DNA of 64,000 nucleotides, taken from contig CM069131.1 of assembly GCA_035221665.1 (NCBI GenBank), positions 158,472,001-158,536,000 on the forward strand, in the 5' to 3' direction. Source of the DNA: Okamejei kenojei. Taxonomy: Eukaryota. The position numbers and the translations under genes were made by a program. Below, in pieces: positions 1 to 12,384 of the stretch; the first letter of the stretch is position 1, and the number at the start of each line of letters is the position of its first letter. The notes beneath the pieces are model-generated. The model had not been told where the DNA came from. It ran no database searches and worked only from the letters and a program-made list of their open reading frames with translations.

Positions 1-240
1 GAATGTTAAGTTACAGTTGTACTAGATGCAGGTGAGGCTGCATTTGGAGTATTGTGTTCACTTTTAACTATTCTGCTATAGGGAGCATGTCATTAAGTTG
101 GAAAGAGGGCAGAGATGATTTACTTGAATGTTACCCAGGTCATGAAGGCCTGAGCTTTAGCGAAAGGTTGGGTAGGCTCGGACTTGATGCCTACGAGCGC
201 TGGAGGCTGAAAGGTGATTTTACTGAACTGTATAAAATCA
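1..240 (+). mobile_element. CR1 (HER1-like) LINE fragment, C-terminal ORF2; continues at 1056-1362
   Basis: Decayed coding for VR.HLEYCV and L..LGL...E.WRLKGD.TELYKI, same as younger CR1 copies in this window; interrupted at ~241. Confidence 0.85.
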
Positions 241-1053
241 TCAAGTATCAAGTATCCTTTATTGTCATTCAGACTTCTCAGTCTGAATGAAATTTCGTGC
301 CTTGCAGTGATAACATAGAATAACAATAACAAAACACACAATAAACACAGATTTAACATCCACCACAGTGAGTCCACCAGGCCCTCCTCACTGTGATGGA
401 AGGCAAAAGTCTTAAGTCCTTGTCTCTTCCCTCCTTGGTCTCCCTCAGCGTTGATGCGATCCAAGCTTCCGATGTTATGACCCCACCGGGTGATGGTAAG
501 CTCCACGGCGGAATCCGAGCTCCGCAAACGTTCGAACTCCTGGACGGGGCGGTCGAAGATGCTGAAGCTGCCGCCCTCCAGTCCAGCGGACGAAGCTGTT
601 GTTGCGGGAGCTCCGGAAAAACAGGTCACCAACCTGGGACCTTCGAGCTCCCGACGATGTCGTCCACTGGGCCCGGGGCCGAGCCTCCGAGGCTCCGAAG
701 TCGGGTCGCCGCCGCCGCAACGCCGCCACAGCCCCGAAGTTGGCCATCCTTGCGTTGGTAAGTCCTGACTGGCTCTGCCTCCGGAGCCTCGAGGTCGATC
801 CCAATTGGAGGCCGCCAGCTCCGCCATTAGGCCTCAGCGCAGACGGAGACAGGGGATATGACATGAAAAGGTCGCACCCCCCCCCCCCGAAGGAAGAGAC
901 TAAAACATTCTCCCCCCCCCCCCCCCCCCCACATACACAAATAAAATAAAACTGAAACAAACTGTGACAACGGGACGAGAAAACAGAAAAAAAAGAAAAA
1001 AACAAATGGACTGCAGGCGAGCTGCTGCTGCTAGGGCAGCGTCGCCACTTCCG
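241..1053 (-). mobile_element. GC/CpG-rich non-autonomous retro-element with Rex/L2-type 3' tail, inserted in CR1
   Basis: Minus strand starts GGAAGTGGCG and ends AATAAAGGATACTTGATACTTGA; CR1 resumes on the other side; shares its 3' region and a hairpin with 44620-44897 and 60856-61333. Confidence 0.7.
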
Positions 1054-1055
1054 GA

Positions 1056-1362
1056 GGAGAATAGATAGGTTAATTGTGCAGAGTCTTTAAACCAAAGTGG
1101 GCGAATCAAGAATCAGAAGACATGGGTTTAAGGTGAGAGGGGAAAGATTTTATAGGAACCTGAGGGACAGGTTTTTCACACACAGTGGTGGGTATATTGA
1201 AGAATATACTGCAAGAGGAGGTAGTTGAAAAAGGCTTGGATATGTACATGGATAGGAAAGATTTAAGAGGGCTATGCATGAAACGTGTGCAGATAGGACT
1301 AGCTTAGGCAGCATGGACCTGTAGAGCCATAGGTCATATTTCCATGCTGTATGACTGTATGA
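1056..1362 (+). mobile_element. CR1 LINE 3' end
   Basis: GGTTTAAGGTGAGAGGGGAAAGATTT... ending TTCCATGCTGTATGACTGTATGA tail. Confidence 0.85.
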
Positions 1363-1394
1363 GAGATTGTTGCAAAAACACTCAGAAACGTGTA

Positions 1395-1660
1395 TTTTTA
1401 TCTTTCTCCTACATGCTGACTCATCACCAATGGTAATTCAGCCAACAGCAGTGGTATTGTTATGACTTTTTTGATGGCATTGCAGCTGGGCTTCGCCACA
1501 CAGTCATAGGTATAACGAGAGTGGAGCAGGGGGCTACGCACACCCCCTTGAGGTGCCCCTCTGTTGTTAGTGTTAATGTTCCGCACTGGTAGAAATCTGC
1601 CAGTGAGGAGGTCGAAGATCCATTTGCAAATCCATGTGGTTTAATATCAGAGGTGCAACC
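1395..1660 (-). mobile_element. Rex1/Babar-like LINE RT fragment
   Basis: ORF 1398-1586: GAPQGGVRSPLLHSRYTYDCVAK, a decayed [16 protein letters not shown] motif. Confidence 0.75.
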
Positions 1661-2390
1661 TTTCTACAAACAATCACAAGCATGTGGGAACAGTGCAGAT
1701 AGGACATGTTGGTCCGTGTGGGCAGAATGGTCTGTACCACACTGTATGACTCTAAGATACCACTTTTACCATTTAATAGCTGACCAATATGGTTGATACC
1801 AATGTGGTTCAAACCAAACGTTTGGCATCCATTTTATTTCCAGATGTTCACGATGTACTCTGATCTGGGACCTTTCAAGAATTAGGAAGTGGCCTCGTGT
1901 TAATATTCAACAAAAGCAAAAACAAACAGAAGAAATCTAAAGATGGCATTTTCAATTTGCTCCTACAGAGATGTACTCAGCGAACAACCCTAAGATAAAC
2001 GCGCTAAGTTACAGAGTATTAACTAGAATAACCCATAAATTGAAAACCCACCGACTTGGAAATTCTCTGAACTTTCGCTACATTGATTGCACTACACAAT
2101 GGAATGTTATCAGAAATCTGTTAGCTAATTGTGCACAGATATTTGGAGTGCCAGAGGATGACTTCCAGACTTTGAAATGCATACGCTTGGAGGCTGTTAA
2201 ACCTCTGGAGTGAGGTTAAAGGGTGCACAGTGCTGATTTTCACACCAAAGTGCAAATTGAACCATGCATGGAAGAGCACATGAATGGCACTCATCTCAAA
2301 TATTGAAATAGGTTTTAATCATTAAATAGTGAGACCTGATTTAAGTTTACATAAAGAGCCTTTCTATTACATGTAGAAAGTATTTTATTA

Positions 2391-2922
2391 GGATGCATCA
2401 CAGCTTTAGTTTGGCAACAGCTCCATCCAAGACCGCAAGAATTTGCAGCAAATTGTGGACGCAGCCCAGACCATCACACAAACCAACCTCCCTTCTGTTG
2501 GCTCCAATTTATACCTCACGCTGCCTTGGCAAGACAAGCAGCATAATCAAGGATTATGCTGCTTGCCTTGGAGTCGCACCCTGGTCAATCCCTCTTCTCC
2601 CCTCTCCCATCAGGTAAAAGATATAGAAGTGTGAAAACGCACACTTCCAGATTCAGGGACAGTTTCTTCCCAGCTGTTTTCAGGTAATTAAATCATCATA
2701 CCACAACCAGAGAGCAGTGCTTAACTACTAACTACCACTTTGGTAAGCCCCTGACTATCCTTGATTGGACTTTGCTGGCTTCACCTTGCTCTAAACATTA
2801 TTCCCTTATAATGCATCTATAAATGGCTCGATTGTAATGTCTTTCTGCATGCAACAAATAGCACGCAACAAAAACTTTTCACTTTACCTCGGTACATGTG
2901 ACAATAAACTAAACTGTAAACT
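2391..2922 (+). mobile_element. Rex1/Babar-like LINE 3' end
   Basis: QQIVDAAQTITQTNLPS and YTSRCLGKTSSIIKD coding remnants; tail ACATGTGACAATAAACTAAACTGTAAACTG. Confidence 0.75.
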
Positions 2923-3782
2923 GGAATGCCCCACTTATCAGGGCTGCTATTAACTAATCGACCCAAGTTAGTCTCCTTCTCACCGCCATTCTCTGAAAAT
3001 TCCCCTCCTCTCAATCATCTTACTAGCAAAACCTCCTTCACCATCATATCACAGACTAATACCGGATAGTCCACACCACCACCTGACCCTAATTTTAACC
3101 TAAACTTCTCTCTCCCTCTTACCTGCTGACAAATGACGCAGCCCAGGATCCTCACATAAAATAGACGGGTACCCCTCCACAGCATTATTTTTAATGTAGG
3201 CTTTTCACACGAGTTTAATTTCGTTGAAAGGAAAGTCATAGAGCCATTTAGTTATCGAGGGATACCAAGCAGAAACATGTCATTCGACCCTCCAAATCAG
3301 CATTGATTATCAACCCTTTTTTGGCACTAAACCTATTGGTGATATTCTGCAAATTATTTTCTTCTTGTTTAAGGTCCGTGACTGGCTAAATTGATGGTCA
3401 CACTGCTTGTGATGGTCTGTGCATGACTTGCAGTGACTAGTGGAAATCTGCATTTTTCACAGTTCCTTTTTAACTAGTAAAATATCAAAACACAATAGAG
3501 ATAGGGGAAGAATTAAATTCAGTGGCAGGAACTAATAAAAAATGCATTCTTTCAATAAAAAAAGGAACTGCGTAAACTTTTCTGTGGTAAATTATCAGGA
3601 ATTGTGTAATGCAAAAGATACTTCTGGCAAATATTTAGACAATAAATGAATGGATTTGTGCTTTTTTTTAATACATCAAAATAAGTCCCTGAATGATGTT
3701 TATTCATGGTTTTGATAGTGTGATCAGTTTGAACCAAATCCAGATTACATATAGTAAAAGAAAGCAGAACCTGCCTTGATGT

Positions 3783-3916
3783 GGAGACACAAGAGCTGCA
3801 GAATACTGGAATCTTGAACAAAATACAAAGTACTGGAGGAACTCAGCTGGTTTGCCAGAAGCTTGGTAGAGAATATATGGACAACTTATTGGCCCGAGAC
3901 GCTTCTTCAGACTGAT
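3783..3916 (-). mobile_element. Penelope-derived terminal repeat, degenerate
   Basis: Similar to 22005-22158 family; minus strand CAGTCTGAAGAAGCGTCTCGGGCC. Confidence 0.55.
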
Positions 3917-4869
3917 TGCCTTCAGAATAGCATTTTATTCTGCTCAGGAAGCCAATGTATTTTCGGTGTGGGGGGGGGGGGGGGGGGGGAGAGAACAATG
4001 GAGGTTCTGGCGTGGGGGGACCACCGTGGGGGAGGGGGGGGGGATGAACAATGGGGACCTGGCATGGCGGGGGGGGAGAACAAAAGGAGGAGCCAGCGTG
4101 CTTTGAAACTTTGTCAGCGCCGTATGTAGATGGCCGCTATTTGTATATACATTGGGTATACAAGCAAATAATTTTACTGTGCCCTGTCACATGTGACAAT
4201 AAAGTATTGCATTCCATTCCATGTTCCATTCCATAATTGTAAAATAAAAAGAAGTCAAGACCAAAAATAAACAGCTTGAAATCATTTCCGGAGACCAAAT
4301 GAACAGACACTGAAATTGGCTCAAAAATCAAAAGCTGAATAGTGATTTTCATTGAGAGCTATTAATATCAGACCCTAATAAAAGGCTATGTGAAATCTGG
4401 ACGCAACCCTGGGTTGTGTAGAGCCACATAAAATCTGCTGAAGGAAGTCAATAGATCAGGTAGCATCTGTGGAGGGGAATGAACAATTGATGTTTTGGTT
4501 CAAGACCCTTCCTCTGGACAGAATGAGTGGAGGGGGTGATGGCCATCATAATTAGGTGAGGCTGGGGCAAGAACTGGCATATGATAGATGGATCTAGATG
4601 TGGTAGAGTGAAATGATAGATGGAGTTGTTAATTCTGGCCAAATTGGAGATGCCAGGACACTAAAATTGAGTAAAGGATTCTGGGCTGCTAGGCCATTTG
4701 GTCAATTTAAATGTGCCGTCTGCAGAAATGGGACAAGCTGCAGAATGGTGCCAGTTTGTCTAGAGCCTAGATAAGAGCTGCATGAAGAGAATGGAACATC
4801 TGCAGATTCTGACAATTAGGTGCAAATTGCATGGAATGGATTGGATGAATGCAAACCAGAAATACACAT

Positions 4870-5378
4870 TGTAAATAATGTTGAAAAGCTTTACTTTGCT
4901 AGATGTTGATTGGATTAAGTGTTGAGCCTTGTCTGGGTTTCTTGAATAAATAGACACATGTTGCGATGTTTGCTTCCTTTCAGAAGCTCAGTTTGAATAC
5001 ATTGTATTAGTCACTGTATTATTGGGTTGGGCAAATGTCTATCATGAACTGAGTTAATCGATATCTGTTATTGGACTGTAACCATGTGGTTCGGCCCCTC
5101 AAGGTTCGGGGAACTATAAAAGGCCGCTCCCACGAGGTCCTGTGTCGATCTTCTGGGAGAACACTTGGGAGTGCATGACTTTCTGGAGTGTCTCTGTTTG
5201 AACAAGGCTAATAGGGCTTGGCCAGGCAGATACAAGGATCAAACCCGTGGTGGTTAGGTACAGTAGTGGGAACTGTTATTGTGCTTTTTCAAAAATAAAG
5301 TATAGTTGCACAAGTGCTTGACTCAGTGATTTTTGACTGAAACTAGACTGGGAGGAAGCTTACAATGAGCTATTTACA
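4870..5378 (+). mobile_element. 5' LTR (509 bp) of an LTR element, probably an endogenous retrovirus
   Basis: Perfect 8-bp terminal inverted repeat TGTAAATA (4870-4877) / TATTTACA (5371-5378); TATAAA 5115-5120; AATAAA 5294-5299; PBS directly downstream. Confidence 0.85.
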
Positions 5379-5379
5379 T

Positions 5380-5397
5380 TGGGGGCTTGTCCGGGAT
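5380..5397 (+). promoter_or_regulatory. tRNA-Pro primer-binding site
   Basis: TGGGGGCTTGTCCGGGAT, 17/18 match to the MLV-type PBS-Pro TGGGGGCTCGTCCGGGAT; the mismatch is a CpG>TpG change. Confidence 0.9.
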
Positions 5398-6020
5398 CTC
5401 AACGGACCCCCAAACACAAGTTTGCGATCAAGAGCTGTTTCGAATGCTAGTGCAGAAATCGGGCCCACTGTGCGGTTTTTGTATTGATTTTCTGCACTTT
5501 GCTATTCGGAGCAGATCGACCATTCGCAGGCTTGGGAGAACACTCCTTTGGGATAGGGGCCCATAAAACAGGGCGAAGAGTGGCCCAAAACCTGGTCGTA
5601 GTTTGCAGACTGCAGCTGCTTAACGAGAGCCTATGCACTTCGAGGGTGAGGGGTGGCCCATTGTCCAGATGCGGTATCCAATTGGTGGGGTATTGAAACA
5701 CAAGTCTGGTCTACCAATTGATTTATCTTTGCTGGGAGCGCTGATTGGAATGGTGGGTTCCGAAAATCAGCATCGACTGCCGGCGCGAAGAGGCTAGGCG
5801 CTGAGCTCCCGGTGCCAAGCAGAGAGGGGTGTCTGTATGAAGATATCTGAGTCCCTCCCTGACGTGACGGACGAGGAATCTCATAAAGGCACTGGGCTCG
5901 GTGGCTCGAGTATGGATTGGCTGGGAATATGCTTGTCCATTCGAGATTTCATTGGGCAATTTGAATTTGAGAGCCCGCTCGATGGTGTTGTGGTCAATAT
6001 CCACGATGGACCGGGCAGTG
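5398..6020 (+). mobile_element. Leader region of the LTR element, truncated before pol
   Basis: CpG-rich unique sequence after the PBS; splice-donor-like AGG|GTGAGG at 5646; ends at an old Rex fragment. Confidence 0.6.
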
Positions 6021-6576
6021 TTCACTTTTTGTAATCTCCTTCATTCCTAGGAGTTCCTGGGGAACAGGCATGATGCAACCAGTCAATATGTTCTCTACCA
6101 TACATCAGTATTCAAGAGAGTATTCATCAAAGTACCAAAACTCCTCAATCTTCTAAAGAAGTAGAGCCATTGATGGGCTTTCTTTATGATTGCATCAATG
6201 TGCAGGGTCCAGAAAGAGATCTTCAGAGATATGCAAATCCATGAGTGAGTGTTTCATGTATTTTGTGGGGGGTTTTGAGTGTTGTGTGTGTTTTTTGTGT
6301 TTTTTATGACTGTTGGCAAATTAATTTCCCTCTTACAAAGTTCTTTGTATTGTATCATATCATATATTGGGCTTAGTAAGGGACTGTGAAAGCATCCTCA
6401 TGGGGAAGCAGTGTGGAGATTTATTGTGGAGGAGGCGTTCTCATCTTTTCTCATTGATTGTGGTCTGTGGGTCAGAAAGTTGAGTATCCAGCGGCAGATG
6501 GAAGTGCTTATTCCTATGTTCAGGGGTTTGGAGATGAGTTTGGATAGGATCATAGTGTTGAAGGCTGAGCTAAATT
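6020..6576 (-). mobile_element. Old Rex1/Babar LINE, 3' part (continues at 10490)
   Basis: EFSSAFNTMILSKLISK..WILNFLTHRPQS motif (ORF 6398-6586); a short + strand tail fragment sits inside at ~6245-6360. Confidence 0.75.
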
Positions 6577-8387
6577 CAAGATTCAAGATTCAAGATTCAA
6601 GTGAGTTTATTGTCATGTGTCCCTGATAGGACAATGAAATTCTTGCTTTGCTTCAGCACAACAGAACATAATAGCCATTTACTACAAAACACATCATTGT
6701 ATCCATATACCACTATATAAATATATACACACATGAATAAATAAACTGATAAAGTGCAAATAACAGATAATGGGCTATTAATGTTCAAAGTTTTGTCCGA
6801 GCTAAACTTAATAGCCTGATGGCTGTGGGGAAGTAGCTATTCCTGAACCTGGTCGTTGCAGTCTTCAGGCTCCTGTACCTTCTACCTGAAGGCAGCAGGG
6901 AGATGAGTGTGTGGCCAGGATGGTGTGGGTTCTTGATGATACTGCCAGCCTTTTTGAGGCAGCGACTGCAATAGATCCCCTCGTTGGAAGGGAGGTCAGA
7001 GCCGATGATGGACTTGGTAGTGTTTACTACATTTTGTAGTCTTTTCCTCTCCAGGGCGCTCAAGTTGCTGAACCAAGCCACGATGCAACCGGTCAGCATG
7101 CTCTCTACTGTGTACCTGTAGAAGTTAGAGAGAGTCCTCCTTGACAAACCGACTCTCCGTAATCTTCTCAGGAAGTAGAGGCGCTGATGTGCTTTCTTAA
7201 TAATTGCATCCGTGTTCTCGGACCTGGAAAGATCTTCAGAGATGTGCACAGGAATTTGAAGCTCTTGACCCTTTGATACAAACGGGACTATGGGTCCTCA
7301 TCCTACTCCTTCCAAAGTCCACAATCAGTTCCTTGGTTTTGCTGGTGTTGAGGGCCATGTTATTGTGCTGGCACCATATGGACAGTTGCTCGATCTCTCT
7401 TCTATACTCTGACTCATCCCCATCAGTAATACGTCCCACAACAGTGGTGTCGTCAGCGAACTTGATGATGGAGTTCGCACTATGACCGGCTACGCAGTCA
7501 TGAGTATAGAGTGAGTACAGCAGGGGGCTGAGCACACAGCCTTGAGGTGTTATCGAGTGTTATCGAGTCTGACACATTTCCACCAATACGAACAGACTGT
7601 GGTCTGAGAATGAGGAAGTCAAGGATCCAATTGCAGAGGGATGCGCAGAGACCCAGTTCTACGAGTTTGGTAACCAGCTTGGAGGGGATGATTGTATTAA
7701 ATGCTGAGCTGTAATCAATGAATAACAGCCCGACATATGAGTTTTGTAGTCCATGTGGTCCAGAGCAGAGTGGAGAGTCAGCGAGATCGCACCCACCGCT
7801 GATCTGTTGTGGCGGTAGGCAAACTGCAGTGGGTCCAGGTTTTTGTTGAGGTAGGTGTTGATTTGCGCCTTGATCAACCTCTCAAAGCAATTCATCACCA
7901 CAGACGTATTCGTTCAAGTCCGTTGCTGAATCCTTGAACATTGCCCAGTCTACAGACTCCAAATAGTCCTGTAGTTGTTCCTCTGCCCCCCCCCCCCCCC
8001 CCCCCCAACCAGCTCTGTACTCTCCTCACATCTGGGGAGTGCGAAGCAGCAGCACCGTGGTATGGTTGGATTTACCAAAGTGAGAGCGAGGGATGGAGCG
8101 ATAGTCATTCTTGATGGTGGTGTAGCAATGGTCGAGGGTCTTTGGTCCTCTGGTGCAGCAGCAGACATCTTGGTGGAAGCTAGGGAGTGATTTCATTAGG
8201 TTTGCCTTATTGAAGTCCCCAGCAATGGTGGTAAATGCCTCGGGGTAAGACGTCTGGTGTTTGTCGACCATGGCGTGCAGCTCCTCCAGTGCCAGACGGA
8301 CGTCTGCCTGGGGTGGGATGTAGACTGCGGTCAGGATGATGGAGGCGAATTCCCTTGGGAGGTAGAAGGGATGGCACTTCACTGCCA
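6577..8387 (-). mobile_element. Younger Rex1/Babar LINE (part of EN, RT, 3' tail), frameshifted
   Basis: YLPREF..TAVYIPP..AGDFN (EN), [27 protein letters not shown] (RT), KKAHQRLYFLRRL; (TTGAATC)n tail at 6575-6600. Confidence 0.9.
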
Positions 8388-10489
8388 TGGAAACATAGAA
8401 ACATAGAAAATAGGTGCAGGAGTAGGCCATTTGGCCCTTCAAGCATGCACCGCCATTCAATATGATCATGGCTGATCATCCAACTCAGTATCCTATACCT
8501 GACCTCTCCATGCCCCCTGATCCCTTTAGCCACAAGGGCCACATCTAACTCCCTCTTAAATATAGCCAATGAACTGGCCTCAACTACCTTCTGTGGCAGA
8601 GAATTCCAGAGATTCACCACTCTCGGTGTGAAAAATGTTTTTCACATCTCAGTCCTAAAAGATTTCCCCCTTATCCTTAAACTGTGACCCCTTGTTCTGG
8701 ACTTCCACAACATCGGGAACAATCTTCCTGCATCTAGCCTGTCCAACCCCTTAAGAATTTTGTACGTTTCTATAAAATCCCCCTGCAATCTTCTAAATTC
8801 TACCGAGTATAAGCCGAGTCTATCCAGTCTTTCTTCATATGAAAGTCCTGAAATCCCAGCAATCAGTCTGGTGAACCTTCTCTGTACTCCCTCTATGGCA
8901 AGAATGTATTTCCTCAGATTTGGAGACCAAAACTGTACGCAATACTCCAGGTGTGGTCTCACCAAGACTCTGTACAACTGCAGTAGAACCTCCCTGCGCC
9001 TTTACTCAAATCCTTTTGCTATGAATGCTAACATACCATTCGCTTTCTTCATTGCCTGCTGCACCTGCATACCTAGTTTGTGTACCATGACATCCAGGTC
9101 TCGTTGGATCTCCTCTTTTCCTAATCGGCCACCATTCAGATAATAGTCTACTTTCCTGTTTTTGCCACCAAAGTGGATAACCTCACATTTATCCACATAA
9201 TACTGCTTCTGCCATGCATTTGCCCACTCACCCAGCCTATCCAAGTCACCTTGTAGCCTCCTAGCATCCTCCTCACAGCTAACACTGCCCCCCAGCTTCG
9301 TGTCATCCACAAACTTGGAGATGTTGCATTCAATTCCCTCGTCCAAATCATTAATACATATTGTAAATAGCTGGGGTCCCAGCACTGAGCGTTGCGGTAC
9401 CCCACTAGTCACTGCCTGCCATTCTGAAAAGGGCCCGTTTACTCCTACTCTTTGCTTCCTGTCTGCCAGCCAGTTCTCTATCCACATCAATACTGAACCG
9501 CCAATACCGTGTGCTTTAATCTCTTATGTGGGACCTTGTTGAAAGCCTTCTGAAAGTCCAGATATAACACATCCACTGGTTCTCCCTTTTCCACTCTGCT
9601 AGTTACATCCTCGAAAAGTTCTATAAGATTCGTCAGACATGATTTACCTTTCATAAATCTGTGCTGACTTTGTCCAATGATTTCACCACTTTCCAAATGT
9701 GCTGCTATCCCATCTTTAATAACTGACTCTAGCAGTTTCCCCACTACTGATGTTAGACTAACTGGTCTGTAATTCCCCGTTTTCTCTCTCCCTCCCTTTT
9801 TAAAAAGTGGGGTTACATTAGCTACCCTCCAATCCTCAGGAACTACTCCAGAATCTAAAGAGTTTTGAAAAATTATCACTAATGCATCCACTATTTCTGG
9901 GGCTATTTCCTTAAGTACTCTGGGATGCAGCCTATCTGGCCCTGGGGATTTATCGGCCTTTAACCCATTCAATTTACCTAACACCACTTCCTGGCTAACT
10001 TGGATTTCAGTCAGTTCCTCCATCTCATTTGACTCCCGGTCCCCTGCTATTTCCGGCAGATTATTTATATCTTCCTTAGTGAAGACAGAACCAAAGTAGT
10101 TATTCAATTGGTCTGCCATGTCCTTGTTCCCCATGATCAATTCACCCGTTTCTGACTGTAAGGGGCCCACATTTGTTTTAACTAATCTTTTCTCTTCACA
10201 TATCTATAAAAACATTTGCAGCCATGTTTTTATTCCCTGCCAATTTCCTTTCATAATAAATTTTCCCTTTCCTAATTAAGCCCGTTGTCCTCCTGTGCTG
10301 GACTCTGAATTTCTCCCAGTCCTCTGGTAGGCTGCTTTTTCTGGCTAATTTGTATGCTTCATCTTTTGTTTTGATACTATCCCTGATTTCCCTTGTTATC
10401 CACGAATGCACTACCTTCTCTGATTTATTCTTTTGCCAAACTGGGATGAACAATTGTTGTAGTTCGTCCATGCAGTCTTTAAATGCCTT
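8388..10489 (-). mobile_element. CR1 (HER1-like) LINE, 5'-truncated
   Basis: KSPGPD, NYRPVSLTS, YLDFQKAF, SGVPQ, SKFVDD, LVRPHLEYCVQFWSP; (TTTCTATG)n tail. Confidence 0.95.
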
Positions 10490-12160
10490 ATAAATAGCAG
10501 TGTGTTGTAGGTGTCATTGTTGTGTTGCATTGATGGGTTTAGGGCCAGGGGGATGGCATCCGCTGCGGGCTTGATGCAACGGTGGTCAAGTCTGGCTGGG
10601 AAGCTGGAGTTAATGTGAGCAATCACCATATCTCTAAGCTTCAGTATCTTGAAGCACGTCATGATGGTGGATGTCAGAGTGACTGAACGGTAGTCATGAA
10701 GGCACATTGCCTTACTTTACTTTGGCACCAGGATGAAGCAAGTAGGGATCTTAGAATGTACTAGTGAGAGGTTATGAATGTCTGTGAATGTTTCTGCCAG
10801 CTTGTCTGCACATGTAGTGGCCAGGGACGACAGCTGGGCAGCTGCTTTGCATGATTCACCCTTAGGATGGCTGATCTTAAATCTTCCTCTGTTCCGCAAG
10901 CACAGGTGCACTTGGCACGGGTGGTGATGGGGCGGTAACATTCCTCCAGCGACCTTCTGTTCAAAGTGGGCGCAGAATGCATTCTCATCGTGGGGAGATC
11001 ATGAATGAGCTGTAGGACGGCATTGTGGCACAGCGGTAGAGTTGCTGCTTTTCAGCACCAGAGACCCGGGTTCGATCCTGACGAGTGGTGCTGTCTGTAC
11101 AGAATGTGTATGGTCTCCCTGTGTCCACATGGGTTTTCTCTGTGCACGCCAAAAAATACAAGCTTGTGAGTTAATTGGCTTCAGTAAAACTGTGAAATTG
11201 TTCCTAGTGTGGCAGATGTTGTCAGTGTACAGAGCGATCGCTGGTCCGCGCAGACTTGATAGGCCGAAGGGCCTATTTCCGCGCTGTATCTTTGAAGTCT
11301 CAAGTCTTAAGAAAAGCTATTAGAACCAGAAGTGCAAAATAGTCTTAAAAGATAATAGGAAGCAGGCAAAAAAAGATACATTATGAACAGATCGGAATAT
11401 GATAGATTTCTTACATCGCTCGAGATTGTTTGACTTGAACATGGATTTCACCTGAGAGTTGTCCTCGCGGTTCATCCATGGTTTCTGCTTGGGACATGTG
11501 TCGTCTTCTTTTATACACAGTCCTCCACAGATATGCCAATGAAGCTGTGACAGCAGTAGCATATTCAATCTGGGTTAGCTGCAGGTTCCAAGAATATGGA
11601 CCAGTCCACAAATTCAAAACAGTCAAGAAGGATCTCCTCTGTTTCCTCGGACTAGCACTGCACGATTTACTGTACTGTATGCTCCTGCATCAGATTGTGC
11701 TTGTAAACAAGGGGTAGCAGCACAGCATGTTCAGTGTGTGGTCTGAGAATGGCACAGAATGCGCTTTGATGGTTGGGTACAAGTGGTCGAGCATGTTTGG
11801 TCTTCTGGTTTAGATGGATACATGCTGATACTATTTTGGCAACACACTCTTGAGGTTAGTCTGAATGAAGTAACCGAATATTATAAACAAGGCCTCGAGC
11901 TACTACGATTCAAGGCTATTGGTGACTGTGTAGTTGATAAAGTGCAAGCTTAGCATCGGCCTGGGGTGGGATGTAAACTGTTGTCAGGATAGCCAAAGTG
12001 AATTCCTGTGGCAGGTAGTAGGGACAGCACTTCACCAGAAGTCTTTTTTTCCCCAGAAGTTTAAGACTGGAGAGCATAGGTTTAATATGGGAGAGGAAAG
12101 ATTTCAAGTGGATCAATATTGAAATACATACCTATAGCCCTCCCTCAGAGGATGTCAAGA
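10490..12160 (-). mobile_element. Old Rex1/Babar LINE, 5' part, interrupted by a SINE and a templated insert
   Basis: DYRSVTLTSTIMTCF, QKPWMN and CCPYYLPQEF..VYIPPQAD remnants. Confidence 0.75.
11015..11310 (+). mobile_element. tRNA-derived V-SINE (HE1-like)
   Basis: A-box TGGCACAGCGG, B-box GGTTCGATCC, V-domain-like core and CR1-like tail GGGCCTATTTCCGCGCTGTATCT. Confidence 0.85.
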
Positions 12161-12384
12161 AAGGCTTGAGAGTAAAGATGAGTTTTGTCTCGACTTAAAA
12201 GTGAGACTTACAGTGATAGACTTACAGGTAGAACAAATAGACTTACAGGAAGAAATTAGTTTTTAAAAAGTAGAGCAATGGTATTGGATGATGGTAGATC
12301 CTCCTCTGGGAAGAGCACGCTAGGAGTTGCCACACTCTAGCACTATCTTGCAGAATCTATGGAATAGACAGGGTGATGAAGACA

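Noticed and set aside
120-1005. Overlapping 90-235-aa ORFs on both strands
   Set aside because: GC-rich repeat with few stop codons; no recognisable domain
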